Positions 13,501 to 26,517 of a stretch of DNA of 64,000 nucleotides are shown in pieces; position 1 is the stretch's first letter, and the number at the start of each line of letters is the position of its first letter. The stretch lies in assembly GCF_003918875.1 (NCBI RefSeq), contig NW_025767743.1:124001-188000 (forward strand), written 5' to 3'. Below the pieces are notes generated by a model. That model ran no database searches. It was not told where the DNA came from and was given only the letters and a program-made list of their open reading frames with translations. This stretch comes from Haliotis rubra (Eukaryota). The translations under genes were made by a program, and so were the position numbers.

Positions 13501-16500
13501 AAAGCATTCGTTGGTCACACCGAAAACCCGGGTTCGATTCCCCACATGGGTACAATGTGTGAAGCCCATTTCTGATGTACCTCGCCGTGATATTGCTGGA
13601 ATATTGCTACAAGCGGCGTAAAGCCATACTCACTCACTGTGCAGAGTTGCCTCCCTTGTGCACACCTGAATCCTATGATCACTGGTTTGAATCTCGGTTC
13701 ACACTGATTATGCTTTTGACATTGCTTCAGGCTTTCTTCCGACAACCTTCTGATATAAATGAAATGTTCAAAGCATCATTGAACGTAACTCCTTCACTCT
13801 CCCTGTACTAGGTGGCAAGCTGGCGTCTCTAGAGGAGTTCAAGGTACAGAAGGAGGATTTGATGGCCAAATTTGCCATGATGGAGGAGGAGCTGGCCAAG
13901 AAGGATCAAGATCACAAGGAGGCTATCTATCTTGGAGAAGAAAGCTGTCATTGATAAGGACAGGTCAGTGACCATCAGCTTGTGGTGGTGGTATATAGTT
14001 ATACCTGGGGATGGGTAGCCCTGTCATCCAGGGTGCAATTTGTTGTGCAGAGCTGCATCACATGGGAGTTCCAGGAATCTATGATTGTGGTTTGATTCCA
14101 GATTTTTGCCTTGATTATGTTTGTGGTTTGTAAGCATTAAACTCACTCCCATAGGTTTCTCCAAGTGATCTAAGACGTGCATAGCCTCAGGTGTTCCTCC
14201 TGTATCAAGCTGACAAGATATGGTGTGACTTAGATAGTGTCATGAAAGGCAAAAATGTTTTAACTGGTCTAATATACAAACTCTTCAGGTAAGACAGGCC
14301 TTGTTACCATGTCGAATAAGAAAATGAGTTTGTTTTATGACATGTTTCAAAGTGCTAGGGATAGCCGAGTAGCTAAATCATTTCTTTGTCACACTGAAAA
14401 CCTGGGGCTCTTTTCACGAAGCAACCTTTACTAAGGTTAACCTTAACTCCCATTGCACTACGGTTACCTTAGTGACTTACAATCACCTTAGTGCTTTTTG
14501 AAAGGAGGCCCTGGCTTTGATGGAATATTGCGGAAAAAGCACCATACCACAACACTGACTCAGTCGTATGTATAATTGCTACTATATTATTGTACATGTA
14601 TTGCAGTAGTATCAGAATGGTGATGAAAACATGTTATATTATTAACAGTGAAAGAACTTCGAGAAACCTAGTATATAAATACCTAGATAACAGCCTTTTG
14701 ATCATGATGATTTGTGATTTCCCAATATATCTTCACAATGACAGTAAAACTATAGATTGCCCGGTGCATTTTAACCCTAATCTTTTCTTACTTGGAAAAA
14801 TTGAAAAACCGTCTCAATTTTAAAAATAAGTATCTTTGAAAAAGTCAAATACTTTCAATGCAAATCAGGTTTAACTAACCATTTTTGATAGCATTCCCTC
14901 CTCACACGATACATGTAAGTATTAACTGGGAGATGCATTTTGTGTATATATTTGATAGATTTGGAGGTTTACATATTTGTGTTGTCAGAATAGAAATTTA
15001 CAAGAGCATGTACTTGCCAAGATTGTGGCAGGACGGACCAAATGTTTGAAAATCTTCTAGCCCTGGGAATACCTTTAACATTTACCATACTTGTGGGAGC
15101 TAGTGGGCTTATCCTAATTTCCATCCCAGCAAAATTTCCTTTAAAAGGTTGATGCCATTGGTTAAAACTGTTTCTGTTATTGCATCCTGAATTGACAGGT
15201 TAAAGAAGGAGATGATCCTGAGAGTGAACCAAGTTGCTGCAGAGTTTAGGAAAGTTTCCAACAAACAAATGGCTGAGACAACCAAAAGGACAATACGTGA
15301 AAATGTGTCAATCAATGCACAGTTGGCAAAAATGTCTGACAAAACCATGGAACTGATTCAGGAGAACGATGAACTTCGTCAGCGGGAGAAGAAACAGAAA
15401 CAGCAGATTGAGCTGCTGGAAACAAATGAGAAGGAATTACTCAAGAAAAATCACAGCGGTCAAAAGGTACATGGTTTGATCTTTTGGTAGAAAATTTCAA
15501 CAAGTAATTTATTAGCGACTAATAGAAAATGGAGAGCAATTGACCTTTTTAGTTCGTTTTTGGTGTTTTGTTTTGTTCTTACCATGCTTATGATGTCTGT
15601 GGTAATAAATATATTGACATCAATGCGGCCATTTTGCAACCTTTATGACTGTGCAGTCAGATTTGTCAAATACTGAGGGCTAGCTGTAACTCTGTTCTGA
15701 TTACTTAACATCAAATTGTATTTGATATCAAACAGAAACTAATTTCACTATATTTGTGTTTTCTTGTATCGTTATAGTCCACAATTATGATCAAACAAAT
15801 ATCAAGATAGTCATTTTCATTATCTTTTGATTTTGCTATTAGTCATTCTGAACTATCCGAAAGCAATTTAAAAAATTAATCGCCTTATGTTGGTCATTAT
15901 GTCAGCATGAGATAAGTTTGGATGGCCAGAGTAAAATGTTTGGCACAAACTGTCCTTGTATCAAAAGGTACCACAAGAGAGCTTTTGTTTATGTTCAGAT
16001 GATTAAGATGTTCACGGAGAAGTGTCGGAACCAGGAAGCCATGATAGCAGAGTACGAGCTGAGGGAGGAGGAGTACAGAGAGCGGGATGCCGAATCAGAT
16101 CTCCTCCGCCAGCAGGTGGAGTCCACTCGTGAGGAGAACCAGCAGCTGTATAGTGAGAAAGACCAACAAGAAGAGCAGTTACGAGATGTCACAAGTCACC
16201 TGGAAAAGGAGAGGAAGGACAAGGCCAAGATTGACAGAGTTTTGGCGGACACTGCTTACTGTGTTCAGACTCTTGAGATGGCTCTCAGGGTAGATGTTCA
16301 GCAGGGTATGCTGTAATATTGTGTTCAGATTTTCAGATCTCAGGGTATGCTGTAATAATGTCAGATGGCTCTCAGGGTATTCAGACTCTCAGAGACTCTC
16401 TGATTCCATGCTGATTGGCAGGTGTTTATGTACAACCTCTGTACATGTACAACTTTTTCAGTTCTAAACATAATTTCAAATCTAACACTCAGAAACACTC

Positions 16501-19500
16501 AAAACTCTGACAACATAAGGGGCTTCTGATCACCTCAGCTCAGTATTTTAGCCATGACTGCAGTTTTTCAGACATGGTGCACTGATGTCTTTGTGTTGTT
16601 GGTGTTGTTATTGTTGTTCTCATGAATTGCTATTTTTGATTATAGCATTTGTTTCATAATAGGGGCCGTGGGGTAGCCTAATGGTTAAAGCGTTGGCTCG
16701 TCACTCCGAAGACCCGGGTTCGAATCCCCACATGGGCACAATGTGTGAAGCCCATTTCTGGTGTCCCCCGCCGTGATGTTGCTGGAATATTGCTAAAAGC
16801 GGCGTAAAACCAAACTCAGTCAGTCAGTCAGTCAGTTTCATAATAGTGATCTTAAATCCTATTTCGTCAATCTCCTAGAAAACTGATGCAGAGGAGGAGG
16901 AAGATGAGGAAGATTCTTTGAACGAGATGGAGAGCCGGGACCGCATGCTGGAGCAACTGCTCATCCTCCTTAACAGTGCTGCAGCAGTGGGCGCTGGCCC
17001 TCCCCCTGGGGAGCTGGGCAAGCAGTTCGAGGAGATGGAGAGAAGTGCCAGTAAAATACCTGGCAGTGGCAAGGGCATTAGGAGAGGGTAGGTTCTTGGA
17101 AATAGTGGCCTAACAATGGACAGACTCGTTGACTTGGTTGATACATGTCATCATATCCCTATTGCATAGATCGATGCTGTTGATCACTGGATTGTCTGGT
17201 CCAGACTCAATTATCTACAGACTGCAGTCATATAGCTGGAATATTCTTGTGTGCTGTATTGGACAACAAACAAACAAACAAGCAAACTCTTAATACAATA
17301 CGTAAGAAATACACTTCGCTCTACCACAATGTATAGTGTAATAAAACACACTTTTGCCCTGAACTATTATAGTTAAAGCACGAGGACGCTTATGTCCCGA
17401 AAGTGCTTTAACGCTATAATAGTTCAGGGCAAAAGTGTGTTTTATTACACTATACATGGTGGTAGGGCTAAGTGTATTTCTTTCTAAGATGCCAAATTTA
17501 ATACTTTCTAAAGATAATTACGATTAATTTAAGGCAGAAAACAAACAACGGTGTCGGTGACCTAAATTAAGAATCCTCGCGACAGGGCTAACTGGGCTTG
17601 TTCTATTGATGTGTCTGCCCCTACGCTAAGATCTAATGTTACCAGAAAAACAAATGATAACAGTTTGATGACGGTTTACGCTCGGATTAAATATCTTCTC
17701 TGAATTATTTTAATTACATCTGTCATTAACGTAAACCATATGGGACAATATGAACGTTGCATTTCTACTACCAGCGTAAGTTTAGATCAGTACATCCAGA
17801 GGAAGTTGAGTAGTCATAGCGACATTCCACAATTGCATTGTGGGAATGTAAACATTACTTAACGCTACTGTGTCGCTGAAAACTTGTGAGTCGAAATGAC
17901 ACATTTTAACAGTCGTGTAAAACATAAACGTAATGTTTCCACCAGTGATGTTAGCTGTGTGAAGCAACAGCAAACCAAGAAACTGGATGCAACGGTGTAG
18001 TTTACTGTAGGAGGCCGTACGATGACGATGGCGATGACAACTGACATGCATCGTGACGTCGCTTACATTGTGACGTAATGTAAAATGGTTCGATCACGAG
18101 GGGGCACACTAGAATGGCACAGTGACGGGAGAACGTCATTCAATTGTTACGTCATCAAAAAACTATACCTTATTGTCTGATAATGTATTTTTTTTCGATT
18201 GTTCTAACCGCTAGGCATCTTAGAAAGCAATTTACGACTACTTTGTACATATGATACATTACATTACAACTTATTTTGATGTTAAAACATTTGAATAATA
18301 ACAGCAACTCTTTAAGTACCAGTTTATGCAGATTCTATAGTATACCTGGTTAGCTATAAACAGCAGAATCTTCACAGTGACCTTTAGTTTATATGTTTCT
18401 CCACTGCAATATGTTGTTGCTAATCCTGTTGCTTATAATTTTATGATTTCTTTGCTATAGCACATGGGTACAATGTCTGATGCTCATTTCTGGTGTCCCC
18501 CACCATGATATTGCTGGAATATTGATAAAACCAAACTCACCCACTCACTCACTCTTTGCTATAGTATCTTTTGAGTTGTATTTCTCTGAAATGTGAACTT
18601 TTCCTGGTGGATGAGGAAATATGAGCTTGTATTGTTTTTCTGTTTATTTCCAAATAAAAAGCACTGAACATGTCACATCCCAGTCATCCAATGTGAATCA
18701 TTTCCTCTACATCTTTGTGGGATGTACAAGAATGTTTGTATTCCATTACAGACAGTTACCCTTGTCCCCAATCTCAACAGTGGAGGTACACTGCCTCACT
18801 ACAACCTGGGTGACCTCGGCCTCATCCCCCGCCCCAAGCAGCTAATCCCCACCAACCTTGACAAGATGAGGGTATTGTCGGCCACCACCAGACTCGGCAC
18901 CCTCAGGAAGGTCCTCACTCGCTCTGTGGGCATCCAGACAGTCAGCGTCCCCAAGGTGAGAACAGGAACCAATATTGAAACAATCTGAAACTTTGATGTT
19001 GGACATGAATGAATTAGGAGATAATCCTATTGTGTTTACATTTTGGAAGTGATTCTAGTTCGTTGAACGCTGCTAAATGTTTCATTTAAAACCTCACTCG
19101 TTAGCATACGCACCATGAAGAAAACGCGTTTTAAATATGCACTCATTACCCTTGCGTAGTGTTTTAACAGGCCTAGACTACGACGATTAGAAATTGGACA
19201 TTATGACATTTACATACTCATACCTTCGATACTTAGAGTTACTTTGGGTGATTGTTCAGTCATTTCATGTTGGAACCAGGCTGGGTCAATGTTTTCCTCC
19301 ATATCCGATCCAAACACAAAGAAATCACCAAGGTCAAACGTAACAGTTTCAGACGACATGTTTGTTTACCTTTGTGAGGGTTAATGAGGGTTAATGAGTG
19401 CATTGAACTGGCTCTCAGAAGTGGTTATTGAACATTTTTCACCTATAATTTTTTTAGTAACAGCCAATCAAAAATGAACATACTTAAATGGCATGGTAGA

Positions 19501-19906
19501 TTATCATATATTTTAAACATCTGAACATCCCAATGAATAATTGAATCTTGACCAGATAATCCAGTGATAATCATCATGAGCATCAATCTCAGCAATTGGT
19601 ACGTGATGACGTGTTAACCAAGTCAGCGAGCCTGACCAACCAAACCTGTAAGTCACCTCTTACAACAAGCATGGGTTGCTGAAGACCAATTCTAACCTTA
19701 TCTCCATCGTCTCGGTATAAATGTGTTGGTAACAGTTAGAACTACTTTTTCAGGCCATGTTTTATGCTGACCAACTGCTCACTCGGGTACCAGTGTCCAC
19801 TCAACATGTCGTCATGCAAGAGCTTCATTCATTGGATAAACCCAAGACACCAATCACTCTTGGACCAATTGCAACATCCAAGAGACTTTCCAGTAAAGTA
19901 TACTAA
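10501..19906 (+). CDS. CFAP157: cilia- and flagella-associated protein 157 (C9orf117), coiled-coil protein
   Basis: Exons 10501-10661, 12738-12859, 13040-13189, 13812-13963, 15199-15466, 15999-16289, 16879-17087, 18752-18955, 19754-19906. Motifs FFLIQIRDLENRL, KDQLTSENMILGGKLASLEEF and [46 protein letters not shown] match the CFAP157 family as I recall it. Exon 4 is 2 nt short and there is a probable frameshift at the start of exon 8. Confidence 0.9.
12207..12360 (+). mobile_element. SINE family B (many small deletions)
   Basis: Recognisable head and tail with multiple 1-3 nt deletions. Confidence 0.75.
13480..13638 (+). mobile_element. SINE family B
   Basis: Copy of the family at 2315. Confidence 0.85.
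14403..14512. mobile_element. short palindromic MITE (PIF/Harbinger-like)
   Basis: GGGGCTCTTTTCACGAAGCA...TGCTTTTTGAAAGGAGGCCC imperfect TIRs. A related element lies at 25818-25929. Confidence 0.5.
16661..16836 (+). mobile_element. SINE family B with target-site duplication
   Basis: Full-length copy; GTTTCATAATAG on both flanks. Confidence 0.88.
17105..17285 (+). mobile_element. SINE family C (5'-truncated)
   Basis: GACTTGGTTGATACATGTC...ATAGCTGGAATATT, (AAAC)n tail. Confidence 0.75.
17304..18226. mobile_element. non-autonomous element with an 80-bp-arm hairpin, class uncertain
   Basis: Inverted arms 17304-17381 and 17402-17482; a second inverted pair TTTCTAAGATGCC (about 17481) and GGCATCTTAGAAA (about 18214). 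Confidence 0.55.
19540..19700 (-). mobile_element. SINE family C (diverged)
   Basis: AACCAAGTCAGCGAGCCTGACC...CTCTTACAACAAGCATGGGTTGCTGAAGACCAATTCTAACC. Confidence 0.7.
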
Positions 19907-20685
19907 TGCTGTGTTTCTGACACTGAGCACATTGCATGGCTTGCCAATCAATGACATCTGTGATGAAATATACATCGTTCTGATCACGCAGCTCACTGTG
20001 AACACAGTCTTCACTTCTGGTATAGACATGCTATTCAGAGAATCGTGTCTATCCCATTTCACATTCACTTTCTACTTTGATGTCCAATTATCAAATAATT
20101 CTAATATGATTAAATTAAGTGAATTGAATGTACTGGTTACATGATTTTGTTAATTATCTTAATGGTTCCTATGTACTGTGTTCTTTGAATTTATTCAATC
20201 AAAAATTTAATTAGTTTTATGTTATTTATTCAGGTAAATTTGTGTTACAGGTAATAATATCTGTTTATATGACATTTTAATTTTAAGTCAAAATCATGAA
20301 CTTAAAGCCTTCAAAATTTAAAATTCATATTTCACCCATCTAAATATAATTCCGTCCAGTTCATTGGCAAATATATTTATGTACATAACAATTATGTATC
20401 TTATTTGTTCAAAGAATTAGCATATCTGTACATTTGTTAATTTAAGTAGTGAAACAAAATATTGATCATTGTATAAATTTATGACCAAAGTGATATTTAA
20501 ACTTGGATAGATTTTGTTAATGGTAAATCCATGTTTATATTGTTGTGTGTATATGTAAATTCTATTGATTGTGTGATACTGAAAGATATATTTTATTAAT
20601 GCACTGGTTCTTTTCTTTCTTTTTTGAGGAATAAACAACCTGCATCTTAGTCACAGCATCTTTCTTATCTTTTCACCATTTTGAA

Positions 20686-20885
20686 TATGTCATGTCACAT
20701 GTCATGCATCATGTCACATGTCATGCATCATGTCATCGCACATCATGTCACGTCATGTTGCACATTGTCACACGTCATGTCATGCATCATGTCATATGTC
20801 ATGTCACACGTCATGGCATGCATCATGTCACATGTCATGTTGCACATGATGTCACATGTCATGTCACCCATCTGAATGTCATGCA
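20686..20885. repeat. (CATGT/CACATGT)n low-complexity tandem repeat
   Basis: Repeated CATGTCAC/ATGTC motifs. Confidence 0.9.
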
Positions 20886-21761
20886 GGGTCAGTATGTAAC
20901 GAGTTAGTTTACAGAACATTCCGCCATCACCTTTGAATACAGTTATGAGTGGAGGTGTAGTAAAGGGGTATACCACAAATCCACTCGCACAATTATATGG
21001 ATTACACAACAATTTGACTACAGTTAAGGAAATTTATTTATACTATATACTAATAATAGTATTAATAGTAAACAAAATACTGGTTTACAAGTGTACATTA
21101 TGTAGAGGACATTCGATCAACAATAATTATGGGCAAAGCAATATGGCTTGTGAATCATAGTCACCTCATTTCCAAGTCTGTGGCCATCATGATTTGGTAA
21201 GACTTCCACCCGAATCCCCCCTTAAATCAAATCATTTTAGAAGATCCACATCATGGACTGGCAATGTCCAAGTATACAAGACCAGCTCAACACTGAGCTT
21301 CTGCAACAATCATTCAAGTTTATAATGCTTTGTCTATAAGCTGGTCACAAAGCAACTGGCCTGAATCCATCAAGTCCCAAGCTGTACATTCAGTTATGTA
21401 ACAATCCGTGCCCTCAAGTGAATGCCCCTCACCTCAAGCACCTCAATTCCATGTGATGTTTCAATTTTAATTGCATAAAAAAAGCTTACTCTTATTCATG
21501 TGGTTTTGAGAAAAACTGTCCCAAAATACTTGTCAGTCAGTGGATCATTTGAATCTTGGATGAAAATTCAATGTCTGCTGATGGTTTAGCGAATGATGTC
21601 TGGTGAGGGGTGAGAAATTCTTGTGAATTTTAATTTCTATGTGACTACTTGCCTGGGATGTAAAGGTACAGATGTAGTAACAAACGATGAGACGAAGCAG
21701 AGCAATGCCGAGTCATATTCTTGCAACTATTCCTCTTTATCCCATTAAGGTACTGTCCTTA

Positions 21762-21872
21762 GGCTCATGCTGTTGATCACTGGATTGTCTGGTCCAGACT
21801 CGATTATTTACAGACCGCCGCCATATAGCTGGAATATTGCTGAGTGCGGCGTAAAACTAAACTCACTCACAC
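21762..21872 (+). mobile_element. SINE family C 3' fragment with TSD
   Basis: Flanked by ACTGTCCTTAGGC on both sides (about 21752 and 21873). Confidence 0.85.
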
Positions 21873-22577
21873 ACTGTCCTTAGGCCTTTATCATTCTTGG
21901 AGCACATCAAAATACATGCACTCAAGTCTCACAAAACATACACCCTTATGTATATACTGTTATCAGTTTGCATGAACATTTTAAGTAAACAACACTTTTC
22001 AGCTTCCACACACACACAACCAGGGTACACATAAAGCTTAAGGCTCTTGCAGTTTAAAACAGCAGTGTTGTGTAACATGTACTTGTGTATTGGTTGAAGT
22101 ACAATAAGATATACTTGTACTGCATGGATACCAAAGAATGAACACTGATTTTATCAGATATCAGCTTGAACAGTACCCTAACTTAGATCACCTCTTGGGA
22201 TTTCAAGTGTTCCAGATAAACAGTACAAGTTTAACATCAGTGTAATGTTTGCTGGATCATTTTTTGGCAAGTGATCTTCGATGTGGGTTAGTTCTAGTGA
22301 AGAGCTACTCGTCAGTCTGGCTGATAATTGTAGTTATTTGGAACACTGGGGTTTGAAACAATACATAGGGTAAGAAAATGTTAAAGATACTTTGAAGAAA
22401 TACAGACATGAGAAAATAGTTAAAACCTTTCTAGTGGTCATCGCATGTCTTAGAGGCACAATGAATGACAAAAACTTGAAGAACATGCAGTGATCAATAA
22501 TTTGTTCAAAAAGAGCTTGACTTGATAAGTCCATGAAGATATGTGTAAAACACTAGGGAAGAGGCTGCTCCTTTCTA

Positions 22578-22718
22578 TGAGTGAGTGAGTGAGTTTAGTT
22601 TTACGCCACACTCAGCAATATTACAACTATATGGCGGCGGTCTGTAAATAATCGAGTCTGGACCAGACAATCCAGTGATCAACAGCTCATGAGCATCAAT
22701 CTGCGCAATTGGGAACCG
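22578..22718 (-). mobile_element. SINE family C 3' fragment with TSD
   Basis: Flanked by CCTTTCTATGAG on both sides. Confidence 0.85.
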
Positions 22719-22799
22719 CCTTTCTATGAGATCATTAAGAAGTGGGCAGCAGAGTAAAAATGAAGCAGAGAGGCTTGAAGATGACCCCTGTCACATCAG

Positions 22800-23153
22800 T
22801 GAGGTGAGGTGAGATGAAATGGGGTTTAACGTCGTGCTTGAGAATATTTCGGTCATATGATGACATGCATGAGTGTGTATGTGTATGTGCGGCTGCATGT
22901 ACTAGCCCAGATTGGGTCTGGTTTTATAGTGCTAGCCCACTGAGATACCATGCCGCAGTGAAGCATGAATACCCCACTCAGACACATTATACTGACTCCG
23001 AGCCGACCAGTCCTTGTTGTACCCATTAATGCCGAGCGCCAGGCAGGGACCAACAAGTACCATATTTTAACGTCTTTTGGTATGACGCGGTCGGGGATCG
23101 AACCCGCGATCTTCCGCTCTCCGGGTGGACGCTCTAACCACACCGGAGGCGGT
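22800..23153 (-). mobile_element. SINE family A with TSD
   Basis: Near-identical to 504-858; CTGTCACATCAGTGA duplicated on both flanks. Confidence 0.9.
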
Positions 23154-25448
23154 CTGTCACATCAGTGACGACAGAATATGGCGATGACCAACCAGTATAT
23201 GACTGAATGTCATGTTGCTAGTTCCGTACACATTTCCCATTAGAGAGTACATTCCATTATCACAGACAGGCAAGGAAGAAGTATTTGCTCATTGGGTTCT
23301 AAAGCTTTTGACTTTTTATCGAAATTGAACCAGTGGCATACCTCGTCATTATCTCTGTTTGACGCTGATCAAGAAAGGTTTTTGGCAATGATTCTTAACT
23401 AGATGAAACCTTTGTCTACCACTGAGTACAAACAACAATTTCAAACCGTGGAAGCACAGGATATCACCACAACAAAAGAAAACAAAGATGGTCCCATCAT
23501 CTGCCAAGGTTATGACCTTCATGTTCTTGGATGCAGAGGCCGTCATCGTGCTGAACAATCACAATAAACGGAGCATATTTTGATGATGCATGTTTGAGGC
23601 AATTACAGGATGAAATAAAGAGATGTGGGAAGCTGAGAAAATGAGTGCACTTCCATCACCACAATGCCTTACTACGTAAATCATCAGCCCAAGGCTACAA
23701 TCCACATGTGCGGCCGTGATCTCTTTCAGTTTGTTTATTCTGATGGAGCTCTGTGAGAATTCCACCTGTTATCCAAAATGGCATCATAGCAGCCGTTGAG
23801 AACGTTTTGGACAGTCAAGACGTAAACTTAAACAAAACTGGGATAAATCCCTCCATCTTTGGACAAAGTAAATTAATCTGGTAGCGTATAATGTTGAACG
23901 ATATATTATTTTAATGTCTTCAGGTCAAGTTTACCAAGGTGAGGCTCCACACCTATCAATCACCATATCACGATGCATTGATGTATGTTATAACCTTCTT
24001 ATTGTGTTCTCTTCTAAAATTATAGCAGGCTCAAAATGGACACCGTTGCCAGATTGAACTTTGGTACCAACTTGGTCAGCATCATTTCAGTTTTCTCTGA
24101 ATATTGAGTTGTGAAAATAATGATAAATGAACAGAGCACATCCTCATCCTCACATAAGAAAGATAATTTGGATCAAAACCTATTTTGTTACAGGTAGCAG
24201 CTACTTATGAAGCACTGAAAGAAAATCATCAACCATCCCATCTGAGGCCCAGGAACCTGGTACGACAGATACACCATAGTTGAAGCAGATTTCATTGTAA
24301 TAGGGTACCAGTCAGGGGTCTGTGCTCAATTGGTACACCAAATTTTCCAACATATCTTGATCCTTTTTTTCACCATAATCTCCCTCTGGATGAAGTGCTT
24401 CGATCTATGTCCTCTGGTATCCTTCCAATGTCAGCCATGCTTGAAATCAAGCTATCTATGTTCCCTATCTCATTTCACAATATTTTTTCCACCAAACACG
24501 AAAACGAATGTCGCACAAAAAGTCAAGTTATCAAAAGCTTTCATTTCAAGCTGACATGGTTATGATGGAAAAGAAATGACACATCCACTGATAGTTATAA
24601 CAGTTAGTTTTTACAATTAGTGAATGAAAGGTTGAGCAGGAGGAATCATTTTGAGCACTTGGCATTGTACAAAATCTACTGTCAAAACGATAGAAATATA
24701 TTCTATTCAAGGTGTGTCATTACATGTGTGAACAAGAAGAATATTTTGACCCATCTTTAAAATCAGTTCACCAACAACTTCATCTTGATGCAACAGAGTT
24801 ACCTGATGATACAAGAACAGTTTCCACTCTTGGCAAACCAGGCTGAAGTTCTGAGTAATGCTTTGGCAGGCCTGACAATTCTGTCCAACAAAATTAAAAA
24901 TATTCCAAAATTGACATCTTGTGTATAAACAACATGGTTATTGCTGTGCAGATTTACAGAGCAAATGACAACTGGACATCAAAATATAATTTCCTGATTT
25001 TTAATGTTTCTAATTAAGGAGCTCAAATGTTGTACTACAACACAGGTGTCTGTGAGCCAGGGTATGTCAAACATTCCTTCCAGTAACTTGATCACAACTT
25101 TGACTGCGAGTCACCATTTTGTTTGAACCAGATGCAGATAATATAATAGATGAATCTAATTGGTCCAAAGGTGGGAAATAAGACATACAACTAATAGCCA
25201 CTGGTGGCCCTTACTACCATAACATTTACGCCAACGTCGTCAAAAGTGGAAACGTTTATAATTAGTTATCTCCCTTCCCTCAGTAAGATTCCATGAACTT
25301 GACAATAGGTAATTTTTAGCTTGCTTCCTTCCTTTACATTGAGACTGATAATTGATAACGTTAAATTCAACGTTTGAATCACTTAGTTTACTTAATAACT
25401 CATACTGTGTATTAGAGTCATTATTGTTTTTCCAAGTTCCTTTTGCGT

Positions 25449-25617
25449 AGGGGCGGTGGGGTAGCCTCGTGGTTAAAGCGTTGGCTCGTCACGCCGAAGA
25501 CCCGGGTTCGAATCCCCACATGGGTACAATCTGTGAAGCCCATTTCTGGTGTCCCCCGCTGTGATGTTGCTAGAATATTGCTAAAAGCGGTGTAAAACCA
25601 AACTCAGTCAGTCAGTC
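25449..25617 (+). mobile_element. SINE family B
   Basis: Full-length copy; TCCTTTTG on both flanks. Confidence 0.85.
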
Positions 25618-25817
25618 CTTTTGTGTAATAGCATTATCAGTGGTTTGAAACCATACCTAATCGCATAATCTCATGTTGATAATAATGGAGCACGCTTCAG
25701 GAACCAGGTCACCCTCATATGAAGAATTTCAAACCCTGCTTTTCAAGTCAAAGCAGAACCATTGATGAAGCAGCATCATGCAAAACCAATGTTTACAGTG
25801 TTAACCTGATTAAAATC

Positions 25818-25929
25818 AGGGTGCCGTTGTACAAAACAACCTTAGCGCTAAGACTACCTTAAGTCTATGTTAAAGTATGGGAGTTACGGTCACCTTAGCG
25901 CTAAGATTGCTTTGTACAATGACACCCTG
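25818..25929. mobile_element. short palindromic MITE (PIF/Harbinger-like)
   Basis: GGGTGCCGTTGTACAAAACAACCTTAGCGCTAAG...CTTAGCGCTAAGATTGCTTTGTACAATGACACCC. Confidence 0.6.
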
Positions 25930-26394
25930 ATTAAAAACAGGGGAGATTCTTGTTTAGTTTACACGCAAACCAATAGATGTAGGATATCTGCAAGTCTACC
26001 AGACTTATTCAACTCTTTCTTTGATTTTACATCAGCTAAAGTCAGAACAAAAAACCCCGTCGGCATTGTGTAATTAATACACTAATTCACCAAATTTATA
26101 CTTAACAGTGGAAATAACAAAAACACATTATGCGATCACTATTTTCTCATAAAATACCTTAAATCTCATGAATGTTTTTAAATTAAATTTTAATTTTTTT
26201 CCAATTTTAGTCACAAGAAAATAATTTTCATAATTAATGTACATTTTTTATTTCTAATATACAGCAATTTCCTTCAATGACATCTCGCAATCAGTTTGAA
26301 AAGTAGCGACACCAATACTGACCCTTAACACCCCTGGGGTCAGCTGGCATTGATGGCCAGTAGATATTTCTCAGCTCCTCATATGAGAAGTATG

Positions 26395-26517
26395 TATACT
26401 CAACAAAAAAAGTTAAGGAATTATCAATATTTGAGTATCTAAGGGTTCATATTATGATCCATATAATACTTAAATATTGAATATTGGGGTGGCCCTGAAC
26501 TTTTTTAGTTGAGTATA
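26395..26517. mobile_element. short TA-flanked MITE
   Basis: TATACTCAACAAAAAAAGTTAAGG...CCTGAACTTTTTTAGTTGAGTATA inverted ends. Confidence 0.6.

Noticed and set aside
16661-16735. tRNA gene (Asp-like GTC loop)
   Set aside because: It is the head of SINE family B: it runs into the SINE body and tail, has a TSD and many diverged copies.
20681-21012. Met/His/Cys-rich ORFs resembling metal-binding peptides
   Set aside because: They derive from the (CATGT)n low-complexity repeat and appear in several frames on both strands.
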